A stretch of 64,000 nt of DNA from Thermoplasmata archaeon (GTDB lineage: Archaea; Thermoplasmatota; E2; JACPAO01; JAHFTW01). The stretch is taken from contig JAXDQS010000005.1 in NCBI GenBank assembly GCA_034667725.1, positions 64,001-128,000 of the forward strand. Direction: 5' to 3'. The notes under the pieces are model-generated. The model saw nothing but the letters and a program-made list of their open reading frames with translations. It ran no database searches and was not told the origin of the DNA. The position numbers were made by a program, and so were the translations under genes. This document shows, piece after piece, positions 47,897 through 58,016 of this stretch; the stretch's first letter is position 1, and each line of letters begins with the position of its first letter.

Positions 47897-48520
47897 TCAG
47901 GTCTGCTGGACCGGGCTCTGGGTGTTGAAGTAACGCGACGCCTGGGGGGACACCACGAGCGCGATGATGATGATGTCCAGGAACAGGTTCACCAGGTCGC
48001 CGTAGGTGCCGTCGACGATGCGGTAGAGCGAGTAGGCGGCCTCGCAGCCGGCGGCCGTGATGAGCGCGATGCGGCTCCAGCCTTGGCGGGACACGGCGCC
48101 GATGCCGCCGAGCACCATGCCGACGGCGAACAGCAGGTTGCCGATGCCGTGGAACATCGCCTTGGTGGCGTAGCTGCCCGTCGAGATGCCGACATCGTTG
48201 ACGTCGCCGGCGAATTCGCTGGTGGTGAACCAGAAGATGGCGGCGATGACGCACATGCCGGCGGCGATGAAGCCGAGCACGGCGGCGGCGGTCACGAGGC
48301 CGGGGCGGGCCCAGCTGGGCTTGGCCTGGACGATGATGGGGGCGGGGCCGCCGAGGGACGCGTAGCCGGGGTCGTAGGCGATCTGGCGCTGGATGGGCTG
48401 GGCGGGGACGGTGCGCACCGCGACCTTGTGGGAGGCCTGCTTGGGGGCGGCGGCCTTGCGCACCGGCGTGGGCTGGGAGGTGGCGGGGCGGGGGCGCTGG
48501 ACAGGAGGTTGGGCAGGCAT
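47897..48520 (-). CDS. 4-TM membrane protein with a Pro-rich N-terminus
   Basis: Four hydrophobic helices ending SPQASRYF. Confidence 0.7.
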   Translation of the reverse strand: MPAQPPVQRPRPATSQPTPVRKAAAPKQASHKVAVRTVPAQPIQRQIAYDPGYASLGGPAPIIVQAKPSWARPGLVTAAAVLGFIAAGMCVIAAIFWFTTSEFAGDVNDVGISTGSYATKAMFHGIGNLLFAVGMVLGGIGAVSRQGWSRIALITAAGCEAAYSLYRIVDGTYGDLVNLFLDIIIIALVVSPQASRYFNTQSPVQQT

Positions 48521-48567
48521 CGGCGACGTTGCCCACGTGAGGGGCCCTTTATGGATTTGTCTAGCCG

Positions 48568-48768
48568 TCAGGTGTCTTCCTCGCCGGGGCGAAGGACGTA
48601 CTGGCCGTCGCGCTGCTCCTGGGTGAGGTTCAGCAGCAGCAACAGCACCAGGAACATCACTGTGGGGATCAGCCCGACCACGACGTGGACCGTGGCCGTC
48701 AGCACCACTTGGGCGGACAGGGCGACGGCCAGCAGGGCGAGCAGGAGGTAGGTTCGTTGGCGGTTCAT
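48568..48768 (-). CDS. Small 2-TM membrane protein
   Basis: MNRQRTYLLLALLAVAL...; ATGA-coupled to ribL. Confidence 0.6.
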   Translation of the reverse strand: MNRQRTYLLLALLAVALSAQVVLTATVHVVVGLIPTVMFLVLLLLLNLTQEQRDGQYVLRPGEEDT

Positions 48769-49250
48769 GCGGGGCCCTTCCGGTAGAGGCTCTGCTCGGC
48801 GGCGCGCTCGGCGACGCGCTCGATGATCTTGCGGGTGCCGTCCAGGTCGGAGACGACGTGGGGGAGGCGGACGACCTTGCATTTGTGGCCGCGGCGGGCG
48901 CATTCGGCCTCGACGTCGGCCTCGGCGTACTTCTGGTCGTAGCCGAGGGCGACGATGTCGGGGCGGAGCTCGGTGACGATGCGGTAGTAGTCGCCGAGGT
49001 GGCCGAGGACGGCGCGGTCCACGGGCTTGAGGGCCTCGACCATGGCGCGGCGGTGCTCCTCGGGCGTGATGGGGCGGTGCTTCTCCTTCTCGGCGGAGGC
49101 GTCGCGGGCGATGACGACCACGAGCTCGTCGCCGAGCTTCTTGGCCTCCTCCAGCATCCGGAGGTGGCCGGGGTGCAGCAGGTCGAACACGCCGGTCGTC
49201 ATGACGCGGATGTGCGGACGCAGCGCCCCTTCTGGGGTGAGCGCCGTCAC
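48765..49250 (-). CDS. ribL: Archaeal FAD synthase
   Basis: TGVFDLLHPGH, LGDELVVVIARD, PDIVALGYDQ; context in the rib operon. Confidence 0.88.
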   Translation of the reverse strand: MTALTPEGALRPHIRVMTTGVFDLLHPGHLRMLEEAKKLGDELVVVIARDASAEKEKHRPITPEEHRRAMVEALKPVDRAVLGHLGDYYRIVTELRPDIVALGYDQKYAEADVEAECARRGHKCKVVRLPHVVSDLDGTRKIIERVAERAAEQSLYRKGPA

Positions 49251-49963
49251 GCCACCGGGATTGCCATGCGGCTCGACCATGCGGACAGGACATCCTGGCC
49301 CGTGAGGAACACGAGGCCGTTGCGCTCCGCGTAGGCTTGGGCGTCCTTTTTAGGGAGCGCCCTGCCGCTCTGGGGGTCGAGCATCTCGCAGATGGTGGTG
49401 CTGGGGACGAGGCCGGCCATGCGGGCAAGCTCCAGCGACAGCTCGGTGTGGCCTTGGCGCTTGGTGAGGCCGCCGTCGGCGCCGTTGAGGAGGATGACGT
49501 GGCCGGGGGCGCGGAACGCGGCGCCGAAGCGGGCGCGGGCCTCGGCGTCGGGGAGCCCGGCGAGGCCGCCCAGGAAGCGGGCCAGCTCGGTGATGGTGAG
49601 GCTGCGGTCGGCGTCCGGGATGCCCGTGAACGTCTTGCGGTGGTTCACGGTGAGGCCGAAGCTGGACTTCGAGGCGTCGTAGCGCAGGTCGTGGGCGCGC
49701 ATCTCGGCGAGGACCGGGTGCTGGCGGGCGGCGTCGGCCAAGAGGTCGGCCAGGAACGGCAGGCCCAGCGCCTTGTGGTGCTCGGGGGCGACGGTGGTGC
49801 AGAGCAGGCCGCCCGCCTCGGTGCGCAGCAGGCGGACCAGGTCCGGGGTGGCGTGCTCGCTTGCGACCACCAGGTCGGTCTCGCCTTCGCGGCCGTCGGA
49901 GTCGTAGAGAAGGACGGGACGGCCGGCGCGCAGGTCGCGCAGCGCGGCTTGCAGGATGCTCAC
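49247..49963 (-). CDS. ribB: 3,4-dihydroxy-2-butanone 4-phosphate synthase
   Basis: YDSDGREGETD, FTGIPDADR, FRAPGHV, RQGHTEL, ICEM. Confidence 0.95.
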   Translation of the reverse strand: MSILQAALRDLRAGRPVLLYDSDGREGETDLVVASEHATPDLVRLLRTEAGGLLCTTVAPEHHKALGLPFLADLLADAARQHPVLAEMRAHDLRYDASKSSFGLTVNHRKTFTGIPDADRSLTITELARFLGGLAGLPDAEARARFGAAFRAPGHVILLNGADGGLTKRQGHTELSLELARMAGLVPSTTICEMLDPQSGRALPKKDAQAYAERNGLVFLTGQDVLSAWSSRMAIPVA

Positions 49964-50075
49964 AAGTGGCGCATGGCGCCGCGGAATATCAAGAACGGGT
50001 TTCTACCACAAATCGGGTGAGCCGGTCCAGCGGCGTTGCACCGGGGCTGGACTTCTCTCGTGGAGAACGGGAGGC

Positions 50076-50309
50076 TTACGCGGCAGGCGCGGCGTCGAGC
50101 TCGGCGGCCTCGACGGTGGCGGCTTCCCAGTTCTTGCGGTAGGTGGTGACGTACCCCGCGATGCGGTTGCGGAAGACGGTGGTCTTCACGTCGGTGAGCT
50201 GGGCCACGACCTTCTTGTTGTGCTCGAAGTCGCCCGAGAACTGGTCGTTGTACTTCTTGACCAGGTCGATCGCGACGCGCTTGATGTAGGTCTGCCGAAT
50301 GTTGCCCAA
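50076..50309 (-). CDS. rps17e: 30S ribosomal protein S17e
   Basis: [11 protein letters not shown]...FEHNKK...RNRIAGYVT. Confidence 0.96.
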   Translation of the reverse strand: MGNIRQTYIKRVAIDLVKKYNDQFSGDFEHNKKVVAQLTDVKTTVFRNRIAGYVTTYRKNWEAATVEAAELDAAPAA

Positions 50310-50383
50310 GTGGTCACCGGTGCAGGTCGGCGTGAGCCGAAGCGGGATATAACGTTGACCGCGGTGGCCGAGGGGGCGGGCGG

Positions 50384-51043
50384 TCAGCCTAGCAACCGCC
50401 CCCCCTCCAACCGCCGCGTCGTGAACCCCGGCCCCGGGAACGCGGGGTCATGCCCCACAACGACCACGGCCGCCCCCGTCGCCGCCGCGTCCTGCACCAT
50501 CTCGGCGACCCGCGCCGTGCTGTCGGCGTCCAGCCCGGTCGAAGGCTCGTCCAGCAGCAGCAACCCCGGCTCGTGCAGCAGCGCGCGCGCCAGCGCCACC
50601 CTGCGCCGCTCGCCGCCCGACATGGCCGCCGGCAGGTGGTGGAGGCGCCGGCCGAGGCCGGCGCGCTCCAACAGCCGGCGCGGGCGGTCGGCGGGCGTGC
50701 CGGGCAGGGCGCGCGCCACCAGCTCCAGGTTCTCCAGGGCGTTGAGGGAAGGGACCAGATGCAGGTCCTGGAACGCGAAGCCCACCCGGCGCAGCCGGAT
50801 GGCGGCGCGCTCGGGCTCGGCAAGGTCGCGCACTTCTTGGCCGTCGAAGGCGTAGCTGCCGTCGTAGCCGGCGTCCAGCAGGCCGAGCACCGCGACCAGG
50901 GTGGACTTGCCGGCGCCGGAGGGGCCGAGGATGCGCAGGCGGTCGCCGGGGGCCACGTCGAGGTCGAGGCCGGCGAGGGCGGCGACGGGGCCGTCGGGGC
51001 CGGGGAAGGTGCGCGCGACCCCGCGCAGCCGGCACGTCGCCAC
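50384..51043 (-). CDS. ABC ATP-binding protein (LolD/MacB-like)
   Basis: [37 protein letters not shown]. Confidence 0.88.
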   Translation of the reverse strand: MATCRLRGVARTFPGPDGPVAALAGLDLDVAPGDRLRILGPSGAGKSTLVAVLGLLDAGYDGSYAFDGQEVRDLAEPERAAIRLRRVGFAFQDLHLVPSLNALENLELVARALPGTPADRPRRLLERAGLGRRLHHLPAAMSGGERRRVALARALLHEPGLLLLDEPSTGLDADSTARVAEMVQDAAATGAAVVVVGHDPAFPGPGFTTRRLEGGRLLG

Positions 51044-51089
51044 GCCGCGCCAGCCGGGGCGGTTGGCAAGAACCTTATGATTCCCGTAG

Positions 51090-52340
51090 GTGGAGCTTCG
51101 CGTGCCGGCCCGCCTGCTGTTGCGCGGCCAGTGGCGCCGCCGCGCCGGTCGCCAGCTCTGGCTGGGCGCCGCGCTGGCCCTCGGCCTGCTGGCGTTCTTC
51201 CTCGTGGGCATGGCCTTGGCGGGCGCCGAGGAGTCGGTGGTGGAGCCGTTGCGGGCCACCGTCGTGGGCGACGTGCGCGTGACGCAAGGCAGCGTGGACA
51301 TGGCGGGCGGCGAGGCCTGGCCGGACGCGCGCGGCGTGCTGGAGCGCCTGCGGGCGCCGGGCGTGGTGGCGGCGCCGCGCCTGGAGGCGAGCCACGTCAC
51401 GGTGCGCGAGGACCAGCAGGACAACTGGACCGCCGGGCTCCTGCTGGGGATCGACGCGCGGCTGCCGGCCGAGCAGGCGGCGCTGGCCGACCGCCTGGTC
51501 TGGGGCACGGTGCTGCCGGCGGGCTCGCTGTTGGCGCCGGACGGCCGCGCGGTCGTGCCGCTGCTGCTGGGCGAGCCGGCGGCGCGCCGCCTCGGCGTCG
51601 TGGGGCCCGGCCCGGACTTCGCGCATCCGTTGAAGCTCTCCAGCGGCCGGTTCGCCGGCCGCGACGCGCTGCCGATCACGGCGGACGCGGTCGTGGTGGG
51701 CGTCTACCGCAGCGGCCTGGAGCCGCTCGACCGCTTCACCGCGTTCGCGCCCATCGGCGACGTGCGCCACCTGGTGGGCGGCAACGCCGGCGACCCGAGC
51801 GCCAACGCCATCGTGCTGCACGGCGCCGGCGCGGACGCGGGCCAGGCCGAGGCCGCGCTCGCCGGCCTGCCCGGCATCCAGGTGCAAGGGGCCCGCGCGT
51901 TCGCCCAAGGCTACATGGGCGGCCTGTTGGCGGTGCTCGGCATCGCCGGCGGCTTGGCGCTGGCGCTGTTCACCGTCGTCCTCGGCGTCTGGCTGCTGCA
52001 TGAGGTCGCGACCCAGCTGTCGCGGGACGCCGGCGTCGTGGCCGGGCTGCGCGCCATCGGGCTGCCGTTCCGCTCCATCGTGGCGGCCTACGCCGGCCTG
52101 TCGGTGGCGACCGTCGGCGCCGCGGCGCTGGCGGCGGCCGTCGTGGCGGTGCTGGTGTCCTGGCTGGCGCCAAGCGTCTCCGTCGAGACCGGCGGGTTGC
52201 AGGTCACGGTGGCTTGGCGGCTGCGGGCGGTGGACTTGGCGTGGAGCTTGCTTGCGGCGGTCGCGCTGGCGGCGGCGGCGACTTGGCTGGCGGCCCGCCG
52301 GCTGGCGCGCGTCAACGTCGCCGAGGCGCTGCGGTCCTGA
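51090..52340 (+). CDS. ABC permease (LolE/FtsX/MacB-like)
   Basis: One TM + large extracytoplasmic domain + three TM; LRAIG and VAEALRS. Confidence 0.8.
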   Translation: MELRVPARLLLRGQWRRRAGRQLWLGAALALGLLAFFLVGMALAGAEESVVEPLRATVVGDVRVTQGSVDMAGGEAWPDARGVLERLRAPGVVAAPRLEASHVTVREDQQDNWTAGLLLGIDARLPAEQAALADRLVWGTVLPAGSLLAPDGRAVVPLLLGEPAARRLGVVGPGPDFAHPLKLSSGRFAGRDALPITADAVVVGVYRSGLEPLDRFTAFAPIGDVRHLVGGNAGDPSANAIVLHGAGADAGQAEAALAGLPGIQVQGARAFAQGYMGGLLAVLGIAGGLALALFTVVLGVWLLHEVATQLSRDAGVVAGLRAIGLPFRSIVAAYAGLSVATVGAAALAAAVVAVLVSWLAPSVSVETGGLQVTVAWRLRAVDLAWSLLAAVALAAAATWLAARRLARVNVAEALRS

Positions 52341-52343
52341 GGG

Positions 52344-53879
52344 CTAGTAGTTGCTGCCCATGAGGGACACGGCGCCCAGCAAGGGCACCAGGCGGGCGGC
52401 GCCCACGCCGACGATGGCGGCGGTCGCGAAGTCGCCGCCGTAGGCCGTCATGCGCTGGGTCGCCTCGGTCGTGAAGACCATGGTGGCGCCCTCGGGGATG
52501 ACGGGCAGCTCGACGCCCTCCATGCCGCGCAGGAACGAGAGGGCGTTCTCGAGCGAGGCGCCGTCGAAGGTCTGCTGGATCTTGGACTGGGCGTACACGG
52601 GCAGGTTGGTGGCGAGGTCGACCCAGTAGGTCAGCTCGACCTTGTGCTCCTTGGCGACGGTGGCGCCTTCGAGCATCCGGAGCGAGAAGGTGTCCGCGAC
52701 CTTGAAGGCGGGGCGGTCCTGGCCGCCGACGGTGCGGTCCTCGACGCCGAGCACCTGGGAGACGTAGCGCATGCTGACACTCTTGCCGAGGTCGTCGACG
52801 GGGCCGGTGGCCTCCAGGCGGATTTCGTCGCCCTCGGCGATGTCGAGGGCGTAAGCGGCCGTGAGGAACTGCACGAGGGTCTTGTCGGGCGCCTGGGTGC
52901 CGAGCGCCAGCGGGTAGGTCTTGCGGGGCTCGGTCTGCTCCATCCAGGGGTGCTGCTGGGGCGGCTCGGCGCCGGGGAAGCCCTCGACGTCCACGTCGCC
53001 ATCGAGGACGAAGTGGTTGGCGTAGGCGACGCTCTTGATCTCGCGCTTGGCGTTGAAGGCCATGTCGAAGGTGGCGGTGGCGTCGAGGCTGGCGGTGCCG
53101 ACGACGGTGCCGTCGATGTCCGCGTCCGGCGTGGTGGCGTCGAACAGGACGTCCACGTCGTAGTCGAGGCCGGCGGACATGTCGAAGTTGACGGCCTCCG
53201 GGCTGGCCTCCACCGAGAGCTTGCCCTCGATGTCCACGCCGAGGTCGATGCGGGCGTGGTTGATGTGGCCGGACGGCTCAGAGACCTCTCGGCAGTCGTA
53301 GTCGTCGCACTCGTAGCGGCTCGAGTCGGGGAGCTCCATGTCGCGGACCTCCGCCTTGAGGCTGCCCTCGGCGTCCATCTCCCAGGTGGTGGTGCCGGCC
53401 TCGGAGGCGGCCAGCGGGATGGGGTGGTTGGCGACGGTGAACCAGTTCTCCACGGCGCCGGAGCGGGCGGACAGGACCTCGCCGGCCGTGTTGACGACCT
53501 TGACGGGGCCGAAGACGCCGGCGGCGGGGCTGGGCTGGATCTTCACCAGGTCGCCGTCGCGCAGGGTGGGGCGGGTGGTGAACTTGGAGAGGGGGGCGGA
53601 GCCGGGGGTGCCGCTCACCAGGGTGTACTGGAAGGTCAGGTCGGCCGGGGCGACGGGGTCGCCGGTGTGGGTGTACTCGTACCAGACGGTCGCGAACGAC
53701 GCCATGGCGGCCTCGATGCTGCCGGCGCGCTCCGCCATGTGGACGCGGTCCTGGTTGATGTCGGCCACGATGTGGCGGACCAGGCCGCTCTTGCCGGGCT
53801 GGGACTCGGCCTCGGGGCTCGTGCAGCCGGACAACAGCAGCGCGGCGACGGCGGCGACGGCGAACAGGGACGACCTCAT
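52344..53879 (-). CDS. Lipoprotein, hypothetical, with a hydrophobic C-terminus
   Basis: LSGC lipobox; beta-rich sequence. Confidence 0.8.
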   Translation of the reverse strand: MRSSLFAVAAVAALLLSGCTSPEAESQPGKSGLVRHIVADINQDRVHMAERAGSIEAAMASFATVWYEYTHTGDPVAPADLTFQYTLVSGTPGSAPLSKFTTRPTLRDGDLVKIQPSPAAGVFGPVKVVNTAGEVLSARSGAVENWFTVANHPIPLAASEAGTTTWEMDAEGSLKAEVRDMELPDSSRYECDDYDCREVSEPSGHINHARIDLGVDIEGKLSVEASPEAVNFDMSAGLDYDVDVLFDATTPDADIDGTVVGTASLDATATFDMAFNAKREIKSVAYANHFVLDGDVDVEGFPGAEPPQQHPWMEQTEPRKTYPLALGTQAPDKTLVQFLTAAYALDIAEGDEIRLEATGPVDDLGKSVSMRYVSQVLGVEDRTVGGQDRPAFKVADTFSLRMLEGATVAKEHKVELTYWVDLATNLPVYAQSKIQQTFDGASLENALSFLRGMEGVELPVIPEGATMVFTTEATQRMTAYGGDFATAAIVGVGAARLVPLLGAVSLMGSNY

Positions 53880-53939
53880 GCGGGACCATCCGCTTCCACG
53901 ATCCTCCGATATTTGGAGTTTGGCAGCGATGCCGTGCCT

Positions 53940-54311
53940 TCAACGCCCGCAGCCGACAGGAGTGCCGGCGCCGGCCCCGAACTCCACGGACCACGCGGGT
54001 TCGCCGCGGTGCGCGACGGCCAGGGCGTGCACCACGTCGCGCTCCGCGGCCTCGAAGCCGAAGCGGCTGCCGGCACGCACGGGCCCTGCGGGCTCCCATG
54101 CCAGCGCGATGGGCGTGCCGTCGAGGGTCGCGGTGACGTTGGCCGTGTCCCAGCCGGTGGGCGCGCGCGTGACGCACCACACTTCGTGGTAGCCCGTGCG
54201 GTCCGGCCGGGAGTCGAAATGGGTGGCCTCGAACGTCGCCTCCGTCTGGAAGGCGGGCCACGCCAGGCCGAGCAGCAGGACCCCGAGGGCCGCGGCGGCG
54301 GCAGCGCGCAC
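53940..54311 (-). CDS. Small secreted/anchored protein
   Basis: Hydrophobic N-terminus; ATTAAG box ~25 bp upstream. Confidence 0.55.
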   Translation of the reverse strand: MRAAAAAALGVLLLGLAWPAFQTEATFEATHFDSRPDRTGYHEVWCVTRAPTGWDTANVTATLDGTPIALAWEPAGPVRAGSRFGFEAAERDVVHALAVAHRGEPAWSVEFGAGAGTPVGCGR

Positions 54312-54465
54312 GCCACCGCCAGCCGCGGCCTGGGTCTTAATGGCCGCTCTCCAAATCTGGTCAGGATTCCGGACCGGCGCGGGCCGACCGGACTCGGTGT
54401 CGGCCTCCTTGATTCCGGTCGCCCCTCGTGCTCCGGAATGTCCTGCCCAAATTCTGCGAGCGGCT

Positions 54466-57400
54466 TTAGCCGAGCCGGTTCACCTGGCCTTGCAGCGGCG
54501 CCACCAGCGGCGCGGCCGGGGTCGTGGCGGCCGTGCCGAGCACGCCGCCGACGGTCGCGACCGCGGTGGCCTCGGCGCCGGCGACGGTGCCGTCGGGCAG
54601 CACCGCGTAGACGCCATCGACCATCGCCTCGACAAGGCCGCCGTCCTCGAGCGCCTCGTCGGCGGGCTCGGCGGCCGGGTCGACCTCGTCGAACACGGGG
54701 TCGATGACCGGCAGCAGCAGCGAGCCGTCGAGCTCGTGGCGCAGCTCCTCGGTGAGGCCGGTCTCGCGCACGGGGCGGGCCGTGAAGCTCGCCTGGACGC
54801 GCACCAGGGCCGCGCCCCAGTCGTTGCTGGGGCAGGTCGTGATGGTCGAGTCGGTGTAGACGCGCTCGACAGCGCGGAGGCCGACGGCGAAGTTGCGGGC
54901 GACGTTGCCGCAGACGCTCGCGTCGGAGGCGCCGAAGCCGCGCAGCAGGATCGCCGTCGTCTGCGGGTCGTTGGTGCGCACCGTGCCGAACGAGGCCAGC
55001 GTGCCGCCGGCGCCGTCGGGGTCGGTGCGGGCCTGCTGCATCAAGGCGCGCAGGTCGGCGCCGCTGGAGGCGAACTCGCGCGGCACGACGAAGACGGCGT
55101 TGTCCTCGATGGCGACGGTGCCGGTCTCGACGTCGTTGAGCTGGATGGCGGCGAAGCCGTGGCCGCCGCCCGACATGGCGCGGTCGTAGAGGAACACGAC
55201 GTTGTCCTTGAGGTCGATCCAGCCGTCGTTGGCGACGGGGTGGCTGTTGATGCGCTCGGCGCCCAGGTGCTCGATGGCGTCGACGATCTCGTCGGTGACG
55301 GGGTCGCGCTCGACCTCGCTGAAGTCGTCGCTCCAGATCTCGATGCCCGGGGCGTTGAACACGTCCACCCACAGCTTGCCGAGGATGTCGTTGCCGGTGA
55401 CGGCGATGTGGGTCTGGTGGAAGTGCTGCTTCTCCAGCTCCCACATGTCCTCGGAGGCGGCGGTGCGGTCGTCGCCGGCGTGGTCGCGGTCCTCGTAGCG
55501 GAGGCCGTAGCCTTGCGGGTCGATGATGGTGTTGTCCGTGAACGACACCGAGGTCCAGCGCTTGGTGTGGTCGTGGTGCGGCAGCATCCGGCCGTTGGCG
55601 TCCGTCATGTAGGTGCCGTCAGGGTTCTTCATGAAGGCGACCCCGTAGTCGGAGCCGTGGTAGTGCGACTCGCGGGCGAAGAAGCCGGGCGAGTGGTGGT
55701 GGCCGTGCAGGTCGAGGTCCACGGCGCCGTAGATGATGTTGTTGTGGAAGTCGGCCTCGTTGAAGCCGTCGGCGTTGATGGCGCGCTCGCTGGGCGGCGG
55801 GTTGGCGGAGGCGGCCTCGCGCAGGTGGATGCGGCGGCCGACCTCGTTGTTGCGGAACTCGCCGTCGAAGTGGCGGATCTGGCCGATGGTGTAGAACCGG
55901 TTCTCCTCCAGCAATCCGCCGGTGGCGGCGCCGGTGCGGCGGTTGTTGCGGTTGACCCGGAGGTCGTCCACGACGTTGTTGTAGGCGTTGACGCAGATGC
56001 CGTTCCAGTCGAGGATGAGGCGGCCCGCGTTGGCGGGGTCCAGCACGTCGATGGCGGCGTCCAGGACATGGTCCACGAGCGCCTGGAGGGTCGCGAACAC
56101 CAGGCCGGCGTACGCGAAGCGGCCCTCGGCCATGCTCGCGGCGGCGGCCATGGCGGCGCGCTCGGCCTCGGCCACGGCAAGCGCCTGGCCGGCGATGTCG
56201 TCGCGCAGCCCGTCGAGCGCCTCGAGCTGGGGCGCGGCCTCGCGGGCGGCCTCGTCCACGGCCTCGGCGGCCGCGGCGGCGGCCCGGGTGGCCTCGCCGA
56301 ACTTGTCGGTGGCCTCGGCCAGCTTCGCGGCCAGCACCTCGACCTCGGAGTCGGCGGCGGCCTCGGCGGTCTCGGCCTCCGTCACGGCGGCAACAGCCGC
56401 GTCGGCGCTCGCCTCGGCGGCGGCAGCCGCGGACTCGGCGGCGGCCAGCTCGCTCTCCGCGCCGGCAGCGGCGGCGGCCGCGTCGGCGGCGGCGCCGGCG
56501 GCGGCCTCGACGTCCGACCGCAGGCCTGAGAGCACCGCCGCGTAGGCGGCGTAGTCCTCCATGTAGGCCTCGTAGGCGGCGCCGACCTCGTCGGCCACCG
56601 GCTCGGCCTCGTCCAGGAAGGTGGTGTAGGAGGAGGCGAAGCCCACGAGCGCCGGCGGCAGGTCCGCGGCCCCGTGGTGCGTGTCCGGCGGCGGCGCCGG
56701 CACGGCGTAGGCCGCCACGAACGCCTCGAAGTCGTCGGTGAAGGCGTCCAGGCTGTCGCGCAGCGCGGCCACGTCGGCCAGCGCCGCGTCGCGCTCCGTC
56801 CGGGCCGCGTCCGCCGCGGCGGCGGCCACGGGCACCTCGGCGGCGACGGCGTCGGCCGCGGCGACGGCCGCGTCGGCGGCAGCCAGCGCGGCGTCGGCCT
56901 CCGACGCGCGCGCGTCGCGCTGCGCGCTGGCCTCGTCGAGCGCGGCTTGCGCCGCGTCGCGGGCGGCGCGGGCGGCGCCGACCTCGGCGTCGGCGGCCGC
57001 GAGGGCGGCCTCGGCCTCGTCCAGCTTCGCCTCGGCGGCCGCGGCGGCGGCCTCGGCGGCGGGCAGGCCGTCCGTCAGGGCGGCGAGGTCCGCCTCGGCG
57101 GCGGCGAGCGCGGCCTCGGCGTCGGCCAGGACGTCGGCGAGGTCCACGATGTCGGCGGGGTCCACGAGGGGGCCCTGGATGGCGAGCGCCTGGACGACGT
57201 TGTGCCGCACCACGACGCACTTCGAGGTGTCGCGGATCTCCAGCACGTTGCGGATCAGGTAGCCCTCGATGACGTAGGGGTCGGCGGCGGTGCCGTGGCC
57301 GGGGAGGCCCATGGCGGCAAGCGCCGCGTCGCCGACGATGACCATGTCCTTCTGCTCGTGCAGGGCGGCGACGGGCAGCTGGAACGCCTCCTCGCGGTTG

Positions 57401-57756
57401 GCGACGTAGGTGGTGGCGCCGCCGGCGGAGCCGACGACGGCGGTGGCGAGCGGGACCTCGTCGATGGCCGGCTGGTCGGTGAAGGTGTAGGTCTTGAGGC
57501 CGGCCTGGTCGCACGGGTCGTGCAGGACGTCCGCGTGGGTGTGGCCGACCGGCATCAGGGTGCCGCCGTGGCTATGCGCCGTCGTCGCAGGTCCCAGGTG
57601 GTGGTAGTGGGCGTGCCCATCGTCCTCGGAGTGGGCGTGGGGGTCGCCGTAGATGGCGCAGTCCTCGTGCCGCGTGCCGTGGTTGAACAGGTGGGCGCTG
57701 GCGGGGATCGACACCAGGAGGAGGGCCGCGGCCAGGACGGCCGATGCGACGCGCAT
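54466..57756 (-). CDS. Large secreted protein: His-rich N-terminus, beta-helix-like region interrupted by an Ala-rich coiled coil
   Basis: Signal ending PASA; GHGTAADPYVIEGY; ~370-aa A/E/D-rich segment; Asn-ladder-like repeats; HGHHH. Confidence 0.8.
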   Translation of the reverse strand: MRVASAVLAAALLLVSIPASAHLFNHGTRHEDCAIYGDPHAHSEDDGHAHYHHLGPATTAHSHGGTLMPVGHTHADVLHDPCDQAGLKTYTFTDQPAIDEVPLATAVVGSAGGATTYVANREEAFQLPVAALHEQKDMVIVGDAALAAMGLPGHGTAADPYVIEGYLIRNVLEIRDTSKCVVVRHNVVQALAIQGPLVDPADIVDLADVLADAEAALAAAEADLAALTDGLPAAEAAAAAAEAKLDEAEAALAAADAEVGAARAARDAAQAALDEASAQRDARASEADAALAAADAAVAAADAVAAEVPVAAAAADAARTERDAALADVAALRDSLDAFTDDFEAFVAAYAVPAPPPDTHHGAADLPPALVGFASSYTTFLDEAEPVADEVGAAYEAYMEDYAAYAAVLSGLRSDVEAAAGAAADAAAAAAGAESELAAAESAAAAAEASADAAVAAVTEAETAEAAADSEVEVLAAKLAEATDKFGEATRAAAAAAEAVDEAAREAAPQLEALDGLRDDIAGQALAVAEAERAAMAAAASMAEGRFAYAGLVFATLQALVDHVLDAAIDVLDPANAGRLILDWNGICVNAYNNVVDDLRVNRNNRRTGAATGGLLEENRFYTIGQIRHFDGEFRNNEVGRRIHLREAASANPPPSERAINADGFNEADFHNNIIYGAVDLDLHGHHHSPGFFARESHYHGSDYGVAFMKNPDGTYMTDANGRMLPHHDHTKRWTSVSFTDNTIIDPQGYGLRYEDRDHAGDDRTAASEDMWELEKQHFHQTHIAVTGNDILGKLWVDVFNAPGIEIWSDDFSEVERDPVTDEIVDAIEHLGAERINSHPVANDGWIDLKDNVVFLYDRAMSGGGHGFAAIQLNDVETGTVAIEDNAVFVVPREFASSGADLRALMQQARTDPDGAGGTLASFGTVRTNDPQTTAILLRGFGASDASVCGNVARNFAVGLRAVERVYTDSTITTCPSNDWGAALVRVQASFTARPVRETGLTEELRHELDGSLLLPVIDPVFDEVDPAAEPADEALEDGGLVEAMVDGVYAVLPDGTVAGAEATAVATVGGVLGTAATTPAAPLVAPLQGQVNRLG

Positions 57757-57956
57757 GGCAGCCGAAGCGGGAACACGGCATTTCCGTCTTTCGCGTCCCA
57801 CGGGCCTTTCCAACGTCCATTTTCGTGCAAAATGCCGGTTTTTGGCCAATGGGCCCGCGGCTTGGCGCTAGGTGGTTCGGCGAAACGACGGGCTCCGTCG
57901 CAAATCCAGGCCAAATCCGCGGCAAGGCGCACGGCACAGGTGCGGCACTTGGCGTC

Positions 57957-57987
57957 GAAAAAACAGGATGGGAAAGAAGAGGAGGAG
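57957..57987 (-). terminator. Pyrimidine/T-rich putative terminator
   Basis: CTCCTCCTCTTCTTTCCCATCCTGTTTTTT downstream of the stop at 58017. Confidence 0.45.
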
Positions 57988-58016
57988 CGGACTCTTGCCG
58001 GGTTTGTGCCGCCCGC

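Noticed and set aside
49964-50075. FMN riboswitch upstream of ribB
   Set aside because: No FMN aptamer consensus is visible, and an AT box ~25 bp before the start suggests a leaderless mRNA.
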